From a virus (taxonomy: Duplodnaviria; Caudoviricetes): a stretch of DNA of 40,870 nucleotides. Position numbers and translations under genes: made by a program. Position 1 is the first letter of the stretch. Each line of letters begins with the position of its first letter. Location of the stretch: positions 1-40,870 of IMG/VR virus record IMGVR_UViG_3300046779_000645; one strand, 5' to 3'. Under the pieces are notes generated by a model. The model did no database searches. It was not told the DNA's origin and was given only the letters and a program-made list of their open reading frames with translations. Positions 9,101 through 17,540 of this stretch are shown one piece after another.

Positions 9101-11091
9101 TGAACATTCTAGAAAAAGGACTTGTTGGAGTTGGTGCAGCAACCAACACAGCATGGAAGGTTCTAGCAGCAGCGGAAAACCGCCTAGTGCGTACGCCTTT
9201 GTTCTTGTCTTACACAAGAGCAGAGATGAAAAGCCTTGTCAATGCAGCAGAACGTGCTGGGATTGATGTTAGAGATAGCGTAGTTAACAACGAGATTCGC
9301 CAAATTGCTTACCGCAAGGCGCTTGCTCGCGTAGAAGAAACTCTTTATTCTTCACGTCGTTTGACTAACGGTATGTACGTGGCACGTTATGCCATGTCAT
9401 TCCCTCTAGCATTCTTTAACAGCCAGCTTGTAGCACTTCGCCTAATGGCTCGTAATCCAATGAACGCTTACTGGTACAACAGTATCCAGCAAGCATTCGA
9501 TGATTACCATGCATACGAAGACAAAGACGGCAACACATATAGCAAGATGTCTGATGTGCCACGTGGTACACCAGTAACAGTTAAGTACCCAATTCCTGGA
9601 AACTTTACCGATAAGTTAAAGAAAGTGCCAGTAGTTGGCGGAGTCGCAGCGCAAGCATTGGCTCCATTTGCTGATACCCGCGGTGGTGGAATTAGATTTA
9701 ATCCTAAGCAACTTGAGTTTATGTTGGCAGACCCATCTGTGTCATTCTTTGGTGGCATCATGGTGTCTGAAATTATTAAAAACGGATTCATGGAGAATAC
9801 TCCATGGGGCGTACACGGAGAAACAATTGCACAGGCTCTACGTGATTTCCTTGGAGATGACGTTTACGAAAGCTCTGTTCTATACGGTGGATATCCACAA
9901 GAAGGCGACACCTTCCTTGAAACCACAGTAAAAGCAATTACTCCAGCGTACCTAGAATCTCTTGGTAACGCTGTTTACGCTTTGTTCGATGGCGGAAAGA
10001 TTAAGCCAGGTGCTAGCGACCGATACGTAGACGATGTAATGACACATTACAAAGTTGGCTATGCCGAATGGGATAGAAACGGTCGTGTTGGTAACCCACC
10101 TAGCATGAAGACTGCTGCTTTCGCAGCATCTGCATCAGCATTTATCCGAGCGATTGTGCAGTTCTCTGCACCAATCTCAGCAAGCTTTGACCCAGTAACT
10201 CGTGCAGCAACTGCGTATTACGCAGAACTAGTCGAGATGGCTGGCGGAGATTACAAGGTTGCACAGCAAGTAATGGCAGATGAGTGGGGCATTGATGCTT
10301 TGGCATTGATTGGCTCTAACAGAAAAAACATTGCTGGCGTTTCATCAACGATGAATGACCTTAAGGTTCTTCGCAACAATAAGGAACTTCTTGAAAAAGT
10401 AGGTAGATTCGATACCAAATATGCAGGATTGCTATCCTCTGGATATGGCGACCTTGCTGGTTCTGGTAGCGGTAAAGATGACTACTCTACAGAAGTAGCA
10501 GCAATCTACAAGAAGTTAAACTTTCCAGGAGAATTCAATAACCCAATTACTCGACAGAAGACATCAACTGAATTAAAGGATGGTGTTGAGGCACGACGTG
10601 GATGGGCTGAATATCAAAAGCATGTCGACTGGCGTGATGCCAAGATGGCTGAGTATGGAATTAAATCTACATACGAAACACGATATGCAACCAGCGGTAT
10701 CAAGCAAAAGTTTGATGAGATGGTACAGGATGTTGAAGATGAATTCCCAGGCTGGGTTGATGAACGCGACGAAGGTCGCAAAGATTATTGGGAGCTTTTC
10801 ATTCCAGCGGTAGAAACAATCCTTGAGGATACCAAGTGGAGAGAGCATGCTCTAAAGCAGGGAAGTCCTAAGTGGGAAGAGATTGCTTATTGGGTTGCAA
10901 AGGCAAAACGATTTAAGCAAGCGTACAGCAGACCAAACGAGTCTGATGCTGGAAAGTTGCAACTAAAGCAGCAGTTCAACCAGTTCCATTACGACTTCTT
11001 ACAGACAGCATCTGATGAATTTTCAGTGTTCTCTACAAGATGGTTACAGAATATGCCAGAACTAAGTACAGATTATGTGGTGACTAAATAA
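6076..11091 (+). CDS. Very large putative internal virion/DNA-ejection protein
   Basis: 1671 aa, helical with a coiled-coil segment (~aa 690-800); AAGGAGG RBS; sits between portal and scaffold; function inferred from size and position only. Confidence 0.55.
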   Translation: MSMTEWWNDPRYENQPSGNAPSSKVDSFKKQQFDNTKVGKIEEAVVPKVAGAIESAQKSKFGFIVNPAMRVLETFGERVVQPLTQGVSTGLLTAEAARQGKGKNIAENFRFAKKQSKKISMGQALATTVGQTVSPVLGPLTNTTFLDEDFNVFDDKQRDKAFRDEWFGVFASGATDIALAALGTKGAGTAIRAGAKKVVGPKRIVTGDDMNQFRNNLNQIVNEVEGGVAAEARTRNGLSVLVDDAVNTRDVSVLAANPLIRETSNPYRTATIVSRLDNHRDVADYLLAERGDAAAFNRFFAKKPLEADHIDDYGFDKTTPITDFADIGKDMLSPKLETRFKRIIDAKKAEDPNFARALEEFASNLPRGAGVESWQPGRFAALESIGLAKKKLAVQAQFGDLKLFGDDGSSNWKTEVYQSKTYDRVIRTIAWVGSGRPQGHINISNPRKFEASSDLLSDLNRLQFLSGAEGVKFKRRMVEQFLNAQDDTQRAIALGRIEEQVMIRLAKHYGVTDLQDIRTASQAVKEITRWSAKTAENRATIKQYAAKNGWIPDEDGSINVQNFISVSNEAQTIPMLDFRKLEVEVIFQARRMAGKGTKVTDAQYAGAIASKAAMTTGQLLDLANMVFSNLNLIRLAYIPKNSIVDPMARASMALESMELIRNGAPALDNIVYNSSLRAESLKKWIPGSPAAKARKRAKDAKFQVEKYKAEVESKVAAWEKAQAKLDAAQAELKAAAKARESALKVAARKQGDPDAQAAVHAADDELFKARNAISTAEIELGRTADILNGYAKLIQKNRKDWVDFETTKAATKAGKKRLGQDQDVIISESGKKYTIDGLADPNMRGVSAYMSEVDSAQNFYAASMQSEISRRLSASGNRFVKIDRKDRAEYMNALAHIANRQIRNELDMPLGMMMRGDAPSDILRWLYSPAGKEYRLRMQSRFGKEMTKDDFASWITQTSDKLVKMYPDPDLRKIILARNVSVDEVDAMLAGRTDLLPSIDGPNINLSDLNILEKGLVGVGAATNTAWKVLAAAENRLVRTPLFLSYTRAEMKSLVNAAERAGIDVRDSVVNNEIRQIAYRKALARVEETLYSSRRLTNGMYVARYAMSFPLAFFNSQLVALRLMARNPMNAYWYNSIQQAFDDYHAYEDKDGNTYSKMSDVPRGTPVTVKYPIPGNFTDKLKKVPVVGGVAAQALAPFADTRGGGIRFNPKQLEFMLADPSVSFFGGIMVSEIIKNGFMENTPWGVHGETIAQALRDFLGDDVYESSVLYGGYPQEGDTFLETTVKAITPAYLESLGNAVYALFDGGKIKPGASDRYVDDVMTHYKVGYAEWDRNGRVGNPPSMKTAAFAASASAFIRAIVQFSAPISASFDPVTRAATAYYAELVEMAGGDYKVAQQVMADEWGIDALALIGSNRKNIAGVSSTMNDLKVLRNNKELLEKVGRFDTKYAGLLSSGYGDLAGSGSGKDDYSTEVAAIYKKLNFPGEFNNPITRQKTSTELKDGVEARRGWAEYQKHVDWRDAKMAEYGIKSTYETRYATSGIKQKFDEMVQDVEDEFPGWVDERDEGRKDYWELFIPAVETILEDTKWREHALKQGSPKWEEIAYWVAKAKRFKQAYSRPNESDAGKLQLKQQFNQFHYDFLQTASDEFSVFSTRWLQNMPELSTDYVVTK

Positions 11092-11909
11092 TGAAAAGAC
11101 CTATACGTAGTAAGTACCCTGATACACCAGCTGGTCAAAAAGCATACGATAGAGCGCTTGCTAAATACACCGCATACCTTGAGGGACTAAGAGATTCTGC
11201 ACAGACAGAAGCTTTGGCGTATTCCCCAATTCAACTTCCTGGCGTATCAACAGAGTCTGGTATTAATCCAACACAAGCAAAGGCTTGGTTTAAGTTTACT
11301 GGACCTAACGCTGCTAAAGGTACACCTGCTCGTGACTACTACGATAACTTTGTAGCAGGTCTTAGAGCGCTTGGCATACCAAAAGACAAGTGGCAAGATG
11401 CTTGGGATGATGCAGTCGATTACACACAGGCTGTTTCAAACGACTCTGGTGGTAAGCCAGCATCGTACTTAAGGTACATGAATGCAGGAGATTTTGCTGA
11501 TAAGACCGCTACTAAAAAGTACGGAACAACCAAGTCTAAGCAGACAACAATTACAGAGTACAGCGCTTCAAGCGCTGCAGCCGATGCTAACAAAGCAATG
11601 GAGGCTGAGCTTGGTCGTACTGCTACATCTGCAGAAACTGCAGCATACCTTAAGGCAGTTAACGAAAAGGCTAAGAAGGAAGCTTCTATATATGAAGCAA
11701 CTACTACAACATCACCAGGTAAAGGTGGAGTAGACCAGTCAGTAACAACAGCAACACAAAAAACTGGGTTTGACCCAACTATATTTGCACAGAACTTTGC
11801 TCGCAGCATGCCTGATTATGCAGAGTCATTTGCTGCAAAGAATGTGCTAAAGATTATTGAAGGTCTAATTGGTTCAGACCGTACAGCAATCGGCAAGGTG
11901 GTTCAATAA
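11091..11909 (+). CDS. Putative internal virion protein
   Basis: 272 aa, coupled by TAATG overlaps to both neighbours; Ala/Thr/Lys rich. Confidence 0.55.
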   Translation: MKRPIRSKYPDTPAGQKAYDRALAKYTAYLEGLRDSAQTEALAYSPIQLPGVSTESGINPTQAKAWFKFTGPNAAKGTPARDYYDNFVAGLRALGIPKDKWQDAWDDAVDYTQAVSNDSGGKPASYLRYMNAGDFADKTATKKYGTTKSKQTTITEYSASSAAADANKAMEAELGRTATSAETAAYLKAVNEKAKKEASIYEATTTTSPGKGGVDQSVTTATQKTGFDPTIFAQNFARSMPDYAESFAAKNVLKIIEGLIGSDRTAIGKVVQ

Positions 11910-13138
11910 TGGCACAGAAGACAGTTACCGTAAAGAAAGGCGATACGCTTGGCGCTATCGCTAAAGCTAATAAGACAACTGTTGCTGCCATCGCCAAGGC
12001 TAACCCAAGTATCAAGAATGTTAATGTTATCAAGGTTGGTCAGAAGGTTGTAATTCCTGGCGCTACATCAGCAACAACCACAAAGCCAACAACATCTACT
12101 GTAACAACTACACCAACAACAACTACTGCTTCAACAAACCCAGCCACCTTGAGCACAACAGCAATACAAACAAGAGACACGTTCTCAATGGCAGAACTTG
12201 AGTCCAAGTACAAAATTGCTGCTGGAGTATTAAAGTCTAACCCATCATTGCAGCAGGCTTTAGCCAAGATTCTTGGCGACCCAAAGACTGGCGAGGGAAT
12301 GGTCACAGACCCATACCTTCAAGAGCAAATTATTAAAGGAACCGATTGGTTCCGTACACAGACAGATAAGCAACGCCAGTTTGATTACGCCAAGCAGACA
12401 AACCCTGGTCAGTTTCAAGCAGACCTACAGTCAAATGCTAGCGAAATTGTACGCAAGTTTTCTGCAAACGGATTAAAGATTACAGCACAAGAAGCAATTA
12501 CCTACGCTGAACAGATGATGAAAGAATCTGTTATTCAGAACGGTAAGGTTATTAGCTACGACAAGAACTATCTTAACCAGGTTATGGCTAATGCAATTGA
12601 CTTTACTCAGACTGGCAAGGTTGGTACTAACGACAAGGTTGTATACACCAAGCTAAGTGGCAACATGGAAACACTTGCAAAGAGTCTATACAAGCAAGCG
12701 TGGGATTATGGATACGACAGAACTATGTCTAATGAAGGTTTCACCAAATGGTTTGAAACCAGCATGAAGGGATTAGTTGCTGGCACATTAAACGCAGAGC
12801 AAGTTGATGACGTGCTTCAAGCACGAGCAAAGTCATTTGCTCCTGGCTTGGCTAATCTTATTGACCAGGGTCAGACATTGCGTGAGGCAGCAGAACCATG
12901 GTTACAGTCCATAGCTGACGTATGGGAAACAAACGTCAATGAGATTGACCTTAATGATGAATATGTACAACGTGCGCTTAACGTAACAGATGAGAAGGGC
13001 AACGTCCAGCCTATTAATCTATACGACACTAAGAAGTTAGCTCGACGTAGCGCAAAGTGGGACACCACTCAAAACGCAAAAGAAGAAAAGACAAGAATCG
13101 CAAACCGCATTCTTCAAGACTTTGGATTCCTGGGGTAA
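11909..13138 (+). CDS. LysM-domain virion protein (putative ejection protein)
   Basis: N-terminal VTVKKGDTLGAIAKANKTTVAAIAKANPSIKNVNVIKVGQKVVIP (LysM), Thr-rich linker, helical C-terminal body. Confidence 0.8.
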   Translation: MAQKTVTVKKGDTLGAIAKANKTTVAAIAKANPSIKNVNVIKVGQKVVIPGATSATTTKPTTSTVTTTPTTTTASTNPATLSTTAIQTRDTFSMAELESKYKIAAGVLKSNPSLQQALAKILGDPKTGEGMVTDPYLQEQIIKGTDWFRTQTDKQRQFDYAKQTNPGQFQADLQSNASEIVRKFSANGLKITAQEAITYAEQMMKESVIQNGKVISYDKNYLNQVMANAIDFTQTGKVGTNDKVVYTKLSGNMETLAKSLYKQAWDYGYDRTMSNEGFTKWFETSMKGLVAGTLNAEQVDDVLQARAKSFAPGLANLIDQGQTLREAAEPWLQSIADVWETNVNEIDLNDEYVQRALNVTDEKGNVQPINLYDTKKLARRSAKWDTTQNAKEEKTRIANRILQDFGFLG

Positions 13139-13141
13139 CAA

Positions 13142-14734
13142 ATGGCTGCATATGATGATTGGATGAGCTCAGTTCCTCTAAAGCAGGCTGTATCTCAGTA
13201 CACTGTTGATGAGCAAACTAAGGCTGCTGCCATGCGTGAAGCTGCTGCTACCACAACACCAGCAACACAAGCTAAGCCAGCAGTAACATATAGAGTTAAG
13301 CCTGGTGATACTGTCAGCGAAATCGCTGCAGCCAATGGCATGACCACTAAAGAATTGCTTAAGATTAATCCACAGTTAACGAGCAATCCTAAGTACAATG
13401 GTGGAAGTACAATCTTTTCTAATACAAAGATTATTCTTGAGCCAGCTGTTAAAGCATCAACTGCTTCAAGAACAGATTCTGCAGCAACTGGTCCTACAAC
13501 ACCAACCACAACGACTCCAACTACAACGACTCCTACTACAACAGAGCCGACAACAACGGAGCCAACAACTACAACTCCTACAACTACAACACCGACCACA
13601 ACCGAGCCAACAACTACTGAGCCAACTGTAACAAATATTGATAACGCTGCATTAAACTCAATACTTGACCAGATTGCAAAACTTGCTCAGCAGAATGCTG
13701 ACCTCATGGCTGCACAAGCAGCAGAAGCTGCTAAGCCAAAGGTTGTCGGTGTACGTACTGTACGTAAAACAGGTGGCGTAGTCGAGACAGTTCAGGTTAT
13801 GTCTGATGGCACAGACGGCAAGGTTATCGATACCTACAAAGACTTTGGTGCTAAAGACTCAGTCATGAAGATGTTTGAGAATACTGGTCTTGGTGCTACC
13901 TTTATCAAGTCGCTTACTGATGCAATCGATAAAGTTTATGATGAAAACATCATGCCAACCGATGAGCAGATTCTTAATAGTATCTACTCAAGCGATGCAT
14001 ATAAGACTCGGTTTGCTGCTAACGAAACAATCAAAAAGCGTATGGCAGAGGGCAAAGGAATGCCTGGCGACCGCCTTCTTTCACCAAGAGAATATATTGC
14101 AGCAGAAGCTGGATACAGAGAAATATTGCAGAATGCCAACCTTCCTGTTGGATTCTACGATACACAAGATGATTTTACCAAGCTTATCGAAAATTCAATA
14201 AGCTCTGCAGAATTAACTGAACGCGTTAACATTGCACAGAATGCGCTTAATAACGCAGACTCCAACATAGTAAAGGCTCTTAAAGATTACTATGGCATGA
14301 GCACTGGTGACCTTACTGCTTATCTTCTTGATAAAGATAAGGCGTTCAATCTTATCAACTCACGTTATCAGGTCAGCACTGAAGCAGCCAAGAAGATGTA
14401 CGGCGCTGCAGAGATTGGTGGAGCTGCTGGTCGTGCAGGCATGGGTGCAACAAAGGAATTTGCTGAAGAGATTTACACAGCAGGTAAAGGCTCTATGGCA
14501 GAGCAGACATTCCAAACAGCAGCACGTCAGCAAGCAGACTACGCAAGATTGCTTGGTCTATCTGGTCAGGCTGCTGGTCAAGAAGACTTGGCTCGTGAAT
14601 CACTTGGTCTTGCAGGTGGTGCGGAAGTTGGCATTAAGACAAGAAAGCTCGCTTCTAAAGAGCGAGCAAAGTTTGCTACCCGCAGTGCAATTGATAAGAC
14701 ATCACTCGGTCGCGCTACCGCAGCCGACGTTTAA
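13142..14734 (+). CDS. LysM-domain virion protein with mucin-like PTTT(T/E) repeats
   Basis: YRVKPGDTVSEIAAANGMTTKELLKINP (LysM), PTTTT/PTTTE repeats, Ala/Gly-rich C-terminus. Confidence 0.8.
   Translation: MAAYDDWMSSVPLKQAVSQYTVDEQTKAAAMREAAATTTPATQAKPAVTYRVKPGDTVSEIAAANGMTTKELLKINPQLTSNPKYNGGSTIFSNTKIILEPAVKASTASRTDSAATGPTTPTTTTPTTTTPTTTEPTTTEPTTTTPTTTTPTTTEPTTTEPTVTNIDNAALNSILDQIAKLAQQNADLMAAQAAEAAKPKVVGVRTVRKTGGVVETVQVMSDGTDGKVIDTYKDFGAKDSVMKMFENTGLGATFIKSLTDAIDKVYDENIMPTDEQILNSIYSSDAYKTRFAANETIKKRMAEGKGMPGDRLLSPREYIAAEAGYREILQNANLPVGFYDTQDDFTKLIENSISSAELTERVNIAQNALNNADSNIVKALKDYYGMSTGDLTAYLLDKDKAFNLINSRYQVSTEAAKKMYGAAEIGGAAGRAGMGATKEFAEEIYTAGKGSMAEQTFQTAARQQADYARLLGLSGQAAGQEDLARESLGLAGGAEVGIKTRKLASKERAKFATRSAIDKTSLGRATAADV
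13493..13627 (+). repeat. Coding tandem repeat, ~9 units of 15 nt encoding PTTT(T/E)
   Basis: Translation reads PTTPTTTTPTTTTPTTTEPTTTEPTTTTPTTTTPTTTEPTTTEPT; synonymous codons vary between units. Confidence 0.9.
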
Positions 14735-14742
14735 TTAGGTTC

Positions 14743-14848
14743 CGCTTCAGACCGTCCAGCCCTGAAGTGTGTATCAGTCTGGAAGTCATCACGTCTACGA
14801 ATTACTACCCCTGGTAAGGAGTACGTGTGGTGCAAACCCGATGAGGGT
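14743..14848 (+). ncRNA. Putative structured cis-regulatory RNA leader (pseudoknot plus two stem-loops) upstream of scaffold/capsid
   Basis: CGCTTCAG/CTGAAGTG stem whose loop TCCAG pairs with downstream CTGGA; CATCAC/GTGGTG stem capped by TTACTA-CCCC-TGGTAA; ACCC-GATGA-GGGT; several G-U pairs. Confidence 0.55.
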
Positions 14849-14874
14849 CAACCAACTAAAAGGGAGAAAAAACA

Positions 14875-15327
14875 ATGGCAGATAACTACGAATACGATAT
14901 CGAAGACGACGAAGACGACTTCAATGACACTGGTCTAGTGAAGAAACTTCGTAAGCAAATTGACGGACTTCAGAAACAATTGAAGGAAAGAGATTCGCTT
15001 ATTGAGGAATTCACGACATATAGTCATGAAGCATCAGTCGGAGAAATCCTAGAGTCATTCGGACTAAATGCAAAAATCGCTCAGTTCATTCCATCAGAAG
15101 TCGAAGCCGACCCTGATGCAGTAGCTGAATGGCTAAATGAATACGGTGATGCCTTTGGTATTGAAGCCGTTGAAGAGGGAGGGGAAGCCTCCCCAGATGC
15201 TCAAGCATATGAGCAAATGTCAGACTTTGAAGATGGAGAGTTTGACCCATATGTCGGTCAGGATTTGCAATCTCGTATTGCAAACGCTGGTTCGCCAGAT
15301 GAGTTAAAGGCTTTACTCAAGGGCTGA
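14875..15327 (+). CDS. Capsid scaffolding protein
   Basis: Very acidic 150 aa with short coiled coil (LVKKLRKQIDGLQKQLKE), directly upstream of major capsid gene; AGGGAG RBS. Confidence 0.75.
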   Translation: MADNYEYDIEDDEDDFNDTGLVKKLRKQIDGLQKQLKERDSLIEEFTTYSHEASVGEILESFGLNAKIAQFIPSEVEADPDAVAEWLNEYGDAFGIEAVEEGGEASPDAQAYEQMSDFEDGEFDPYVGQDLQSRIANAGSPDELKALLKG

Positions 15328-15359
15328 TAGTCCACAATCAACCCTAATAGAAGGAAATC

Positions 15360-16337
15360 ATGCCTACTACACCAGCAACATCAACTACGACATCAACGAT
15401 GTCGAACTTGATTCAGACCTCGTATGACAAGTTCATCGAGTTCAACCTTCGCTCTGAGCCAATGTTCCGCAAGTTCGCGGACAAGCGCCCAGTCGATGTT
15501 ACAAACCCAGGTAACACTGTGGTATTCCAGGTCTACAAGGACCTATCACGTGCTACAACAGCACTAACTCAGACACAAGACCCAGATGCAGTAACACTCA
15601 ACAACACTGACAAGGTCAATGTTGTTGTTGATGAATACGGCAACGCAGTTATCACAACAGAGCGTTTGGCTCTTGAGTCACTTTCAGCTGTAGACCCAGC
15701 AGTTGCAGACATGCTCGCATTCAACATGCGCGATTCATTGGATGCACTTGTATGGGCAAAGCTAACAGGACTAGCAACAGGTCGCTTCACAGGTACAACC
15801 TCTGCAGATGAGACAACTCTCAACGGCGAGAACGTATCTTCAAGCACAACAGCACCATACATTTCTTCAGCACTTGCACGTAAGGCAGTTGCTAAGCTTC
15901 GTGGTGCATCTGTTCAGCCACGTGATGGTGGCTTCTATACAGCGCTTATCCACCCAGATGTATCTTTCGACCTTCGTTCAGAAGCAGCATCTGCAGGTAA
16001 CGTTTCATGGCAGCTCCCACACACATACACAGAGGCTGGCGTAGCTAACCTCTGGAATGGTGAAATCGGTATTTTCGACCAGGTTCGTTATATCGAAACA
16101 CCACGTGCTGAGGCAATCTCAGGTTCAGGAACATCTAAGGTTTACGCAACTGTAATCCTTGGAAAGCAGGCTCTTGTTGAGGCTGTTTCATACGAGCCAA
16201 AGACTGTTATCGGTCCAGTTACAGATAAGTTGATGCGCTTCCGCCCAGCGGGTTGGAAGGGTCTACTCGGATGGAACGTCTACCGCAAGGAAGCACGTTA
16301 CGTCATCCAGACCAAGTCAAGCATCGCAACAGCGTAA
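15360..16337 (+). CDS. Major capsid protein (HK97 fold, N4 gp56-like family)
   Basis: 325 aa after scaffold; EYGNAV, IHPDVSFDLR, GEIG...VRYIETP, GPVTDKLMRFRPAGWK motifs; strongly biased codon usage; followed by a hairpin terminator. Confidence 0.88.
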   Translation: MPTTPATSTTTSTMSNLIQTSYDKFIEFNLRSEPMFRKFADKRPVDVTNPGNTVVFQVYKDLSRATTALTQTQDPDAVTLNNTDKVNVVVDEYGNAVITTERLALESLSAVDPAVADMLAFNMRDSLDALVWAKLTGLATGRFTGTTSADETTLNGENVSSSTTAPYISSALARKAVAKLRGASVQPRDGGFYTALIHPDVSFDLRSEAASAGNVSWQLPHTYTEAGVANLWNGEIGIFDQVRYIETPRAEAISGSGTSKVYATVILGKQALVEAVSYEPKTVIGPVTDKLMRFRPAGWKGLLGWNVYRKEARYVIQTKSSIATA

Positions 16338-16344
16338 CTTTGAC

Positions 16345-16372
16345 GGAAGGGGGAGGGCAACCTCCCCCTTCT
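16345..16372 (+). terminator. Intrinsic terminator/attenuator hairpin after capsid gene
   Basis: GGAAGGGGGAGG-GCAA-CCTCCCCCTTCT; GNRA loop; weak U-tract. Confidence 0.75.
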
Positions 16373-16385
16373 ACTTAAGGAAGAC

Positions 16386-16577
16386 ATGCCAAAGAAAAAA
16401 CCAGAACCAAAAGTAGATTTCTTGACACCTCTCAAACTTCACGCTGTGCAGGCACACGAGTTGTACACAGAGTATAAAGAAGCAGGATTTACAGAAGGCG
16501 AAGCGTGGGAATTATTAATGCGCCAACTTCCTGATTTGGAATTAGAAGCAATTGGATTTGTAGAAGAGGATGAATAA
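16386..16577 (+). CDS. Hypothetical protein
   Basis: 63 aa, AAGGAAG RBS; HELYTEYKEAGFTEGEAWEL. Confidence 0.7.
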   Translation: MPKKKPEPKVDFLTPLKLHAVQAHELYTEYKEAGFTEGEAWELLMRQLPDLELEAIGFVEEDE

Positions 16578-16794
16578 AATGAAAAAGAAAATGACAGATG
16601 CCGAGAAGGCTAAGTTAAAGAAGATGCTTATGCGTGGCGGAAACCTCGATATGCCAAAGGCACGACCAGTTAAGCCAGCCACACCAGCTAAGCCATCTAA
16701 TGAAATTACTGGAATGACTCGTCAGTTCCGCCAGATGAATGAGATGCCAAAGCGCCCAGCAAAGAAGCTTCTACCTAAGAAGATGGGTCGCTAA
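16570..16794 (+). CDS. Small basic Lys/Met/Pro-rich protein
   Basis: 74 aa, overlaps upstream gene, same strand as operon. Confidence 0.65.
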   Translation: MNKMKKKMTDAEKAKLKKMLMRGGNLDMPKARPVKPATPAKPSNEITGMTRQFRQMNEMPKRPAKKLLPKKMGR

Positions 16795-16795
16795 T

Positions 16796-16852
16796 ATGCC
16801 AACAAAGATGTGTAAGAAGTGTGGCAAAGCCAAGTCAAAGTGTAAGTGCTAA
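16796..16852 (+). CDS. 18-aa Cys/Lys micro-peptide MPTKMCKKCGKAKSKCKC
   Basis: Fills exactly the gap between neighbours; stop overlaps the next ATG (TAATG). Confidence 0.5.
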   Translation: MPTKMCKKCGKAKSKCKC

Positions 16853-17010
16853 TGCCAAAGAAGAAGCAAGTATGGGATAAACCAAACCCAAAGAAAGTTT
16901 CTAAGCCTTTAACATCTGCCCAGAAGGCAGCAGCTAAGGCTGCAGCCAAGGCAGCTGGACGACCATATCCAAACCTAGTTGACAACATGAGAGCAGCAAA
17001 GAAGAAGTAA
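16852..17010 (+). CDS. Small basic phage protein (52 aa, not in ORF track)
   Basis: MPKKKQVWDKPNPKK...AAAKAAGRPYPNLVDNMRAAKKK; coupled to neighbours. Confidence 0.75.
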   Translation: MPKKKQVWDKPNPKKVSKPLTSAQKAAAKAAAKAAGRPYPNLVDNMRAAKKK

Positions 17011-17286
17011 ATGGACCCAAGACTAAAACGAGCAGGCGTATCTGGTTTTAACAAAGCTAAGCGAACACCTGGTCATCCGACCAAGTCACATGTTGTTGTA
17101 GCCAAATCTGGCTCACAAGTAAAGACTATTCGTTTTGGTCAGCAAGGTGTCTCTGGTTCACCAGAAAAGTCTGGTGAAACAAAGTCATACCGTCAACGTC
17201 GCCAGAGTTTCAAGGCACGTCACGCAAAGAATATTAGCAAGGGTGTCATGTCGGCAGCCTACTGGGCAGACAAGGTGAAGTGGTAA
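17011..17286 (+). CDS. Basic conserved phage protein
   Basis: KTIRFGQQG...RQSFKARH...SAAYWADKVKW pattern, which I recognise from phage structural regions; family name uncertain. Confidence 0.75.
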   Translation: MDPRLKRAGVSGFNKAKRTPGHPTKSHVVVAKSGSQVKTIRFGQQGVSGSPEKSGETKSYRQRRQSFKARHAKNISKGVMSAAYWADKVKW

Positions 17287-17540
17287 TGGCAAAGATTTTC
17301 CGTGGACCAACTATGAAGATAAAGCTTGGGTTGGCTAACGACCTATGGTTTGTTTCATACCCATGGGGAAAGACTGTTGTTAAAGACAACGGAACTTGGA
17401 AGACAATTGTATCTCCTCAAGATTCAAGCCTTGCCGACTATGACAAGGTTCTTCGCGGTGGATACGACAATCCAATTACAGATGCTGAAGCAGCAGAGTT
17501 AACTGCTGCAGGTTATGGAGATTACATTGTCGAAGTGTAG
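17286..17540 (+). CDS. Hypothetical virion protein
   Basis: TAATG-coupled start at 17286; LRGGYDNPITDAEAAELTAAGYG. Confidence 0.65.
   Translation: MAKIFRGPTMKIKLGLANDLWFVSYPWGKTVVKDNGTWKTIVSPQDSSLADYDKVLRGGYDNPITDAEAAELTAAGYGDYIVEV

Noticed and set aside
6076-11091. Calling the giant ORF a virion RNA polymerase
   Set aside because: No DxDGD and no ordered single-subunit polymerase motifs; the lone DRNGR is insufficient
16290-16345. Programmed frameshift extending the major capsid protein
   Set aside because: No slippery heptamer near the stop and a terminator hairpin follows immediately
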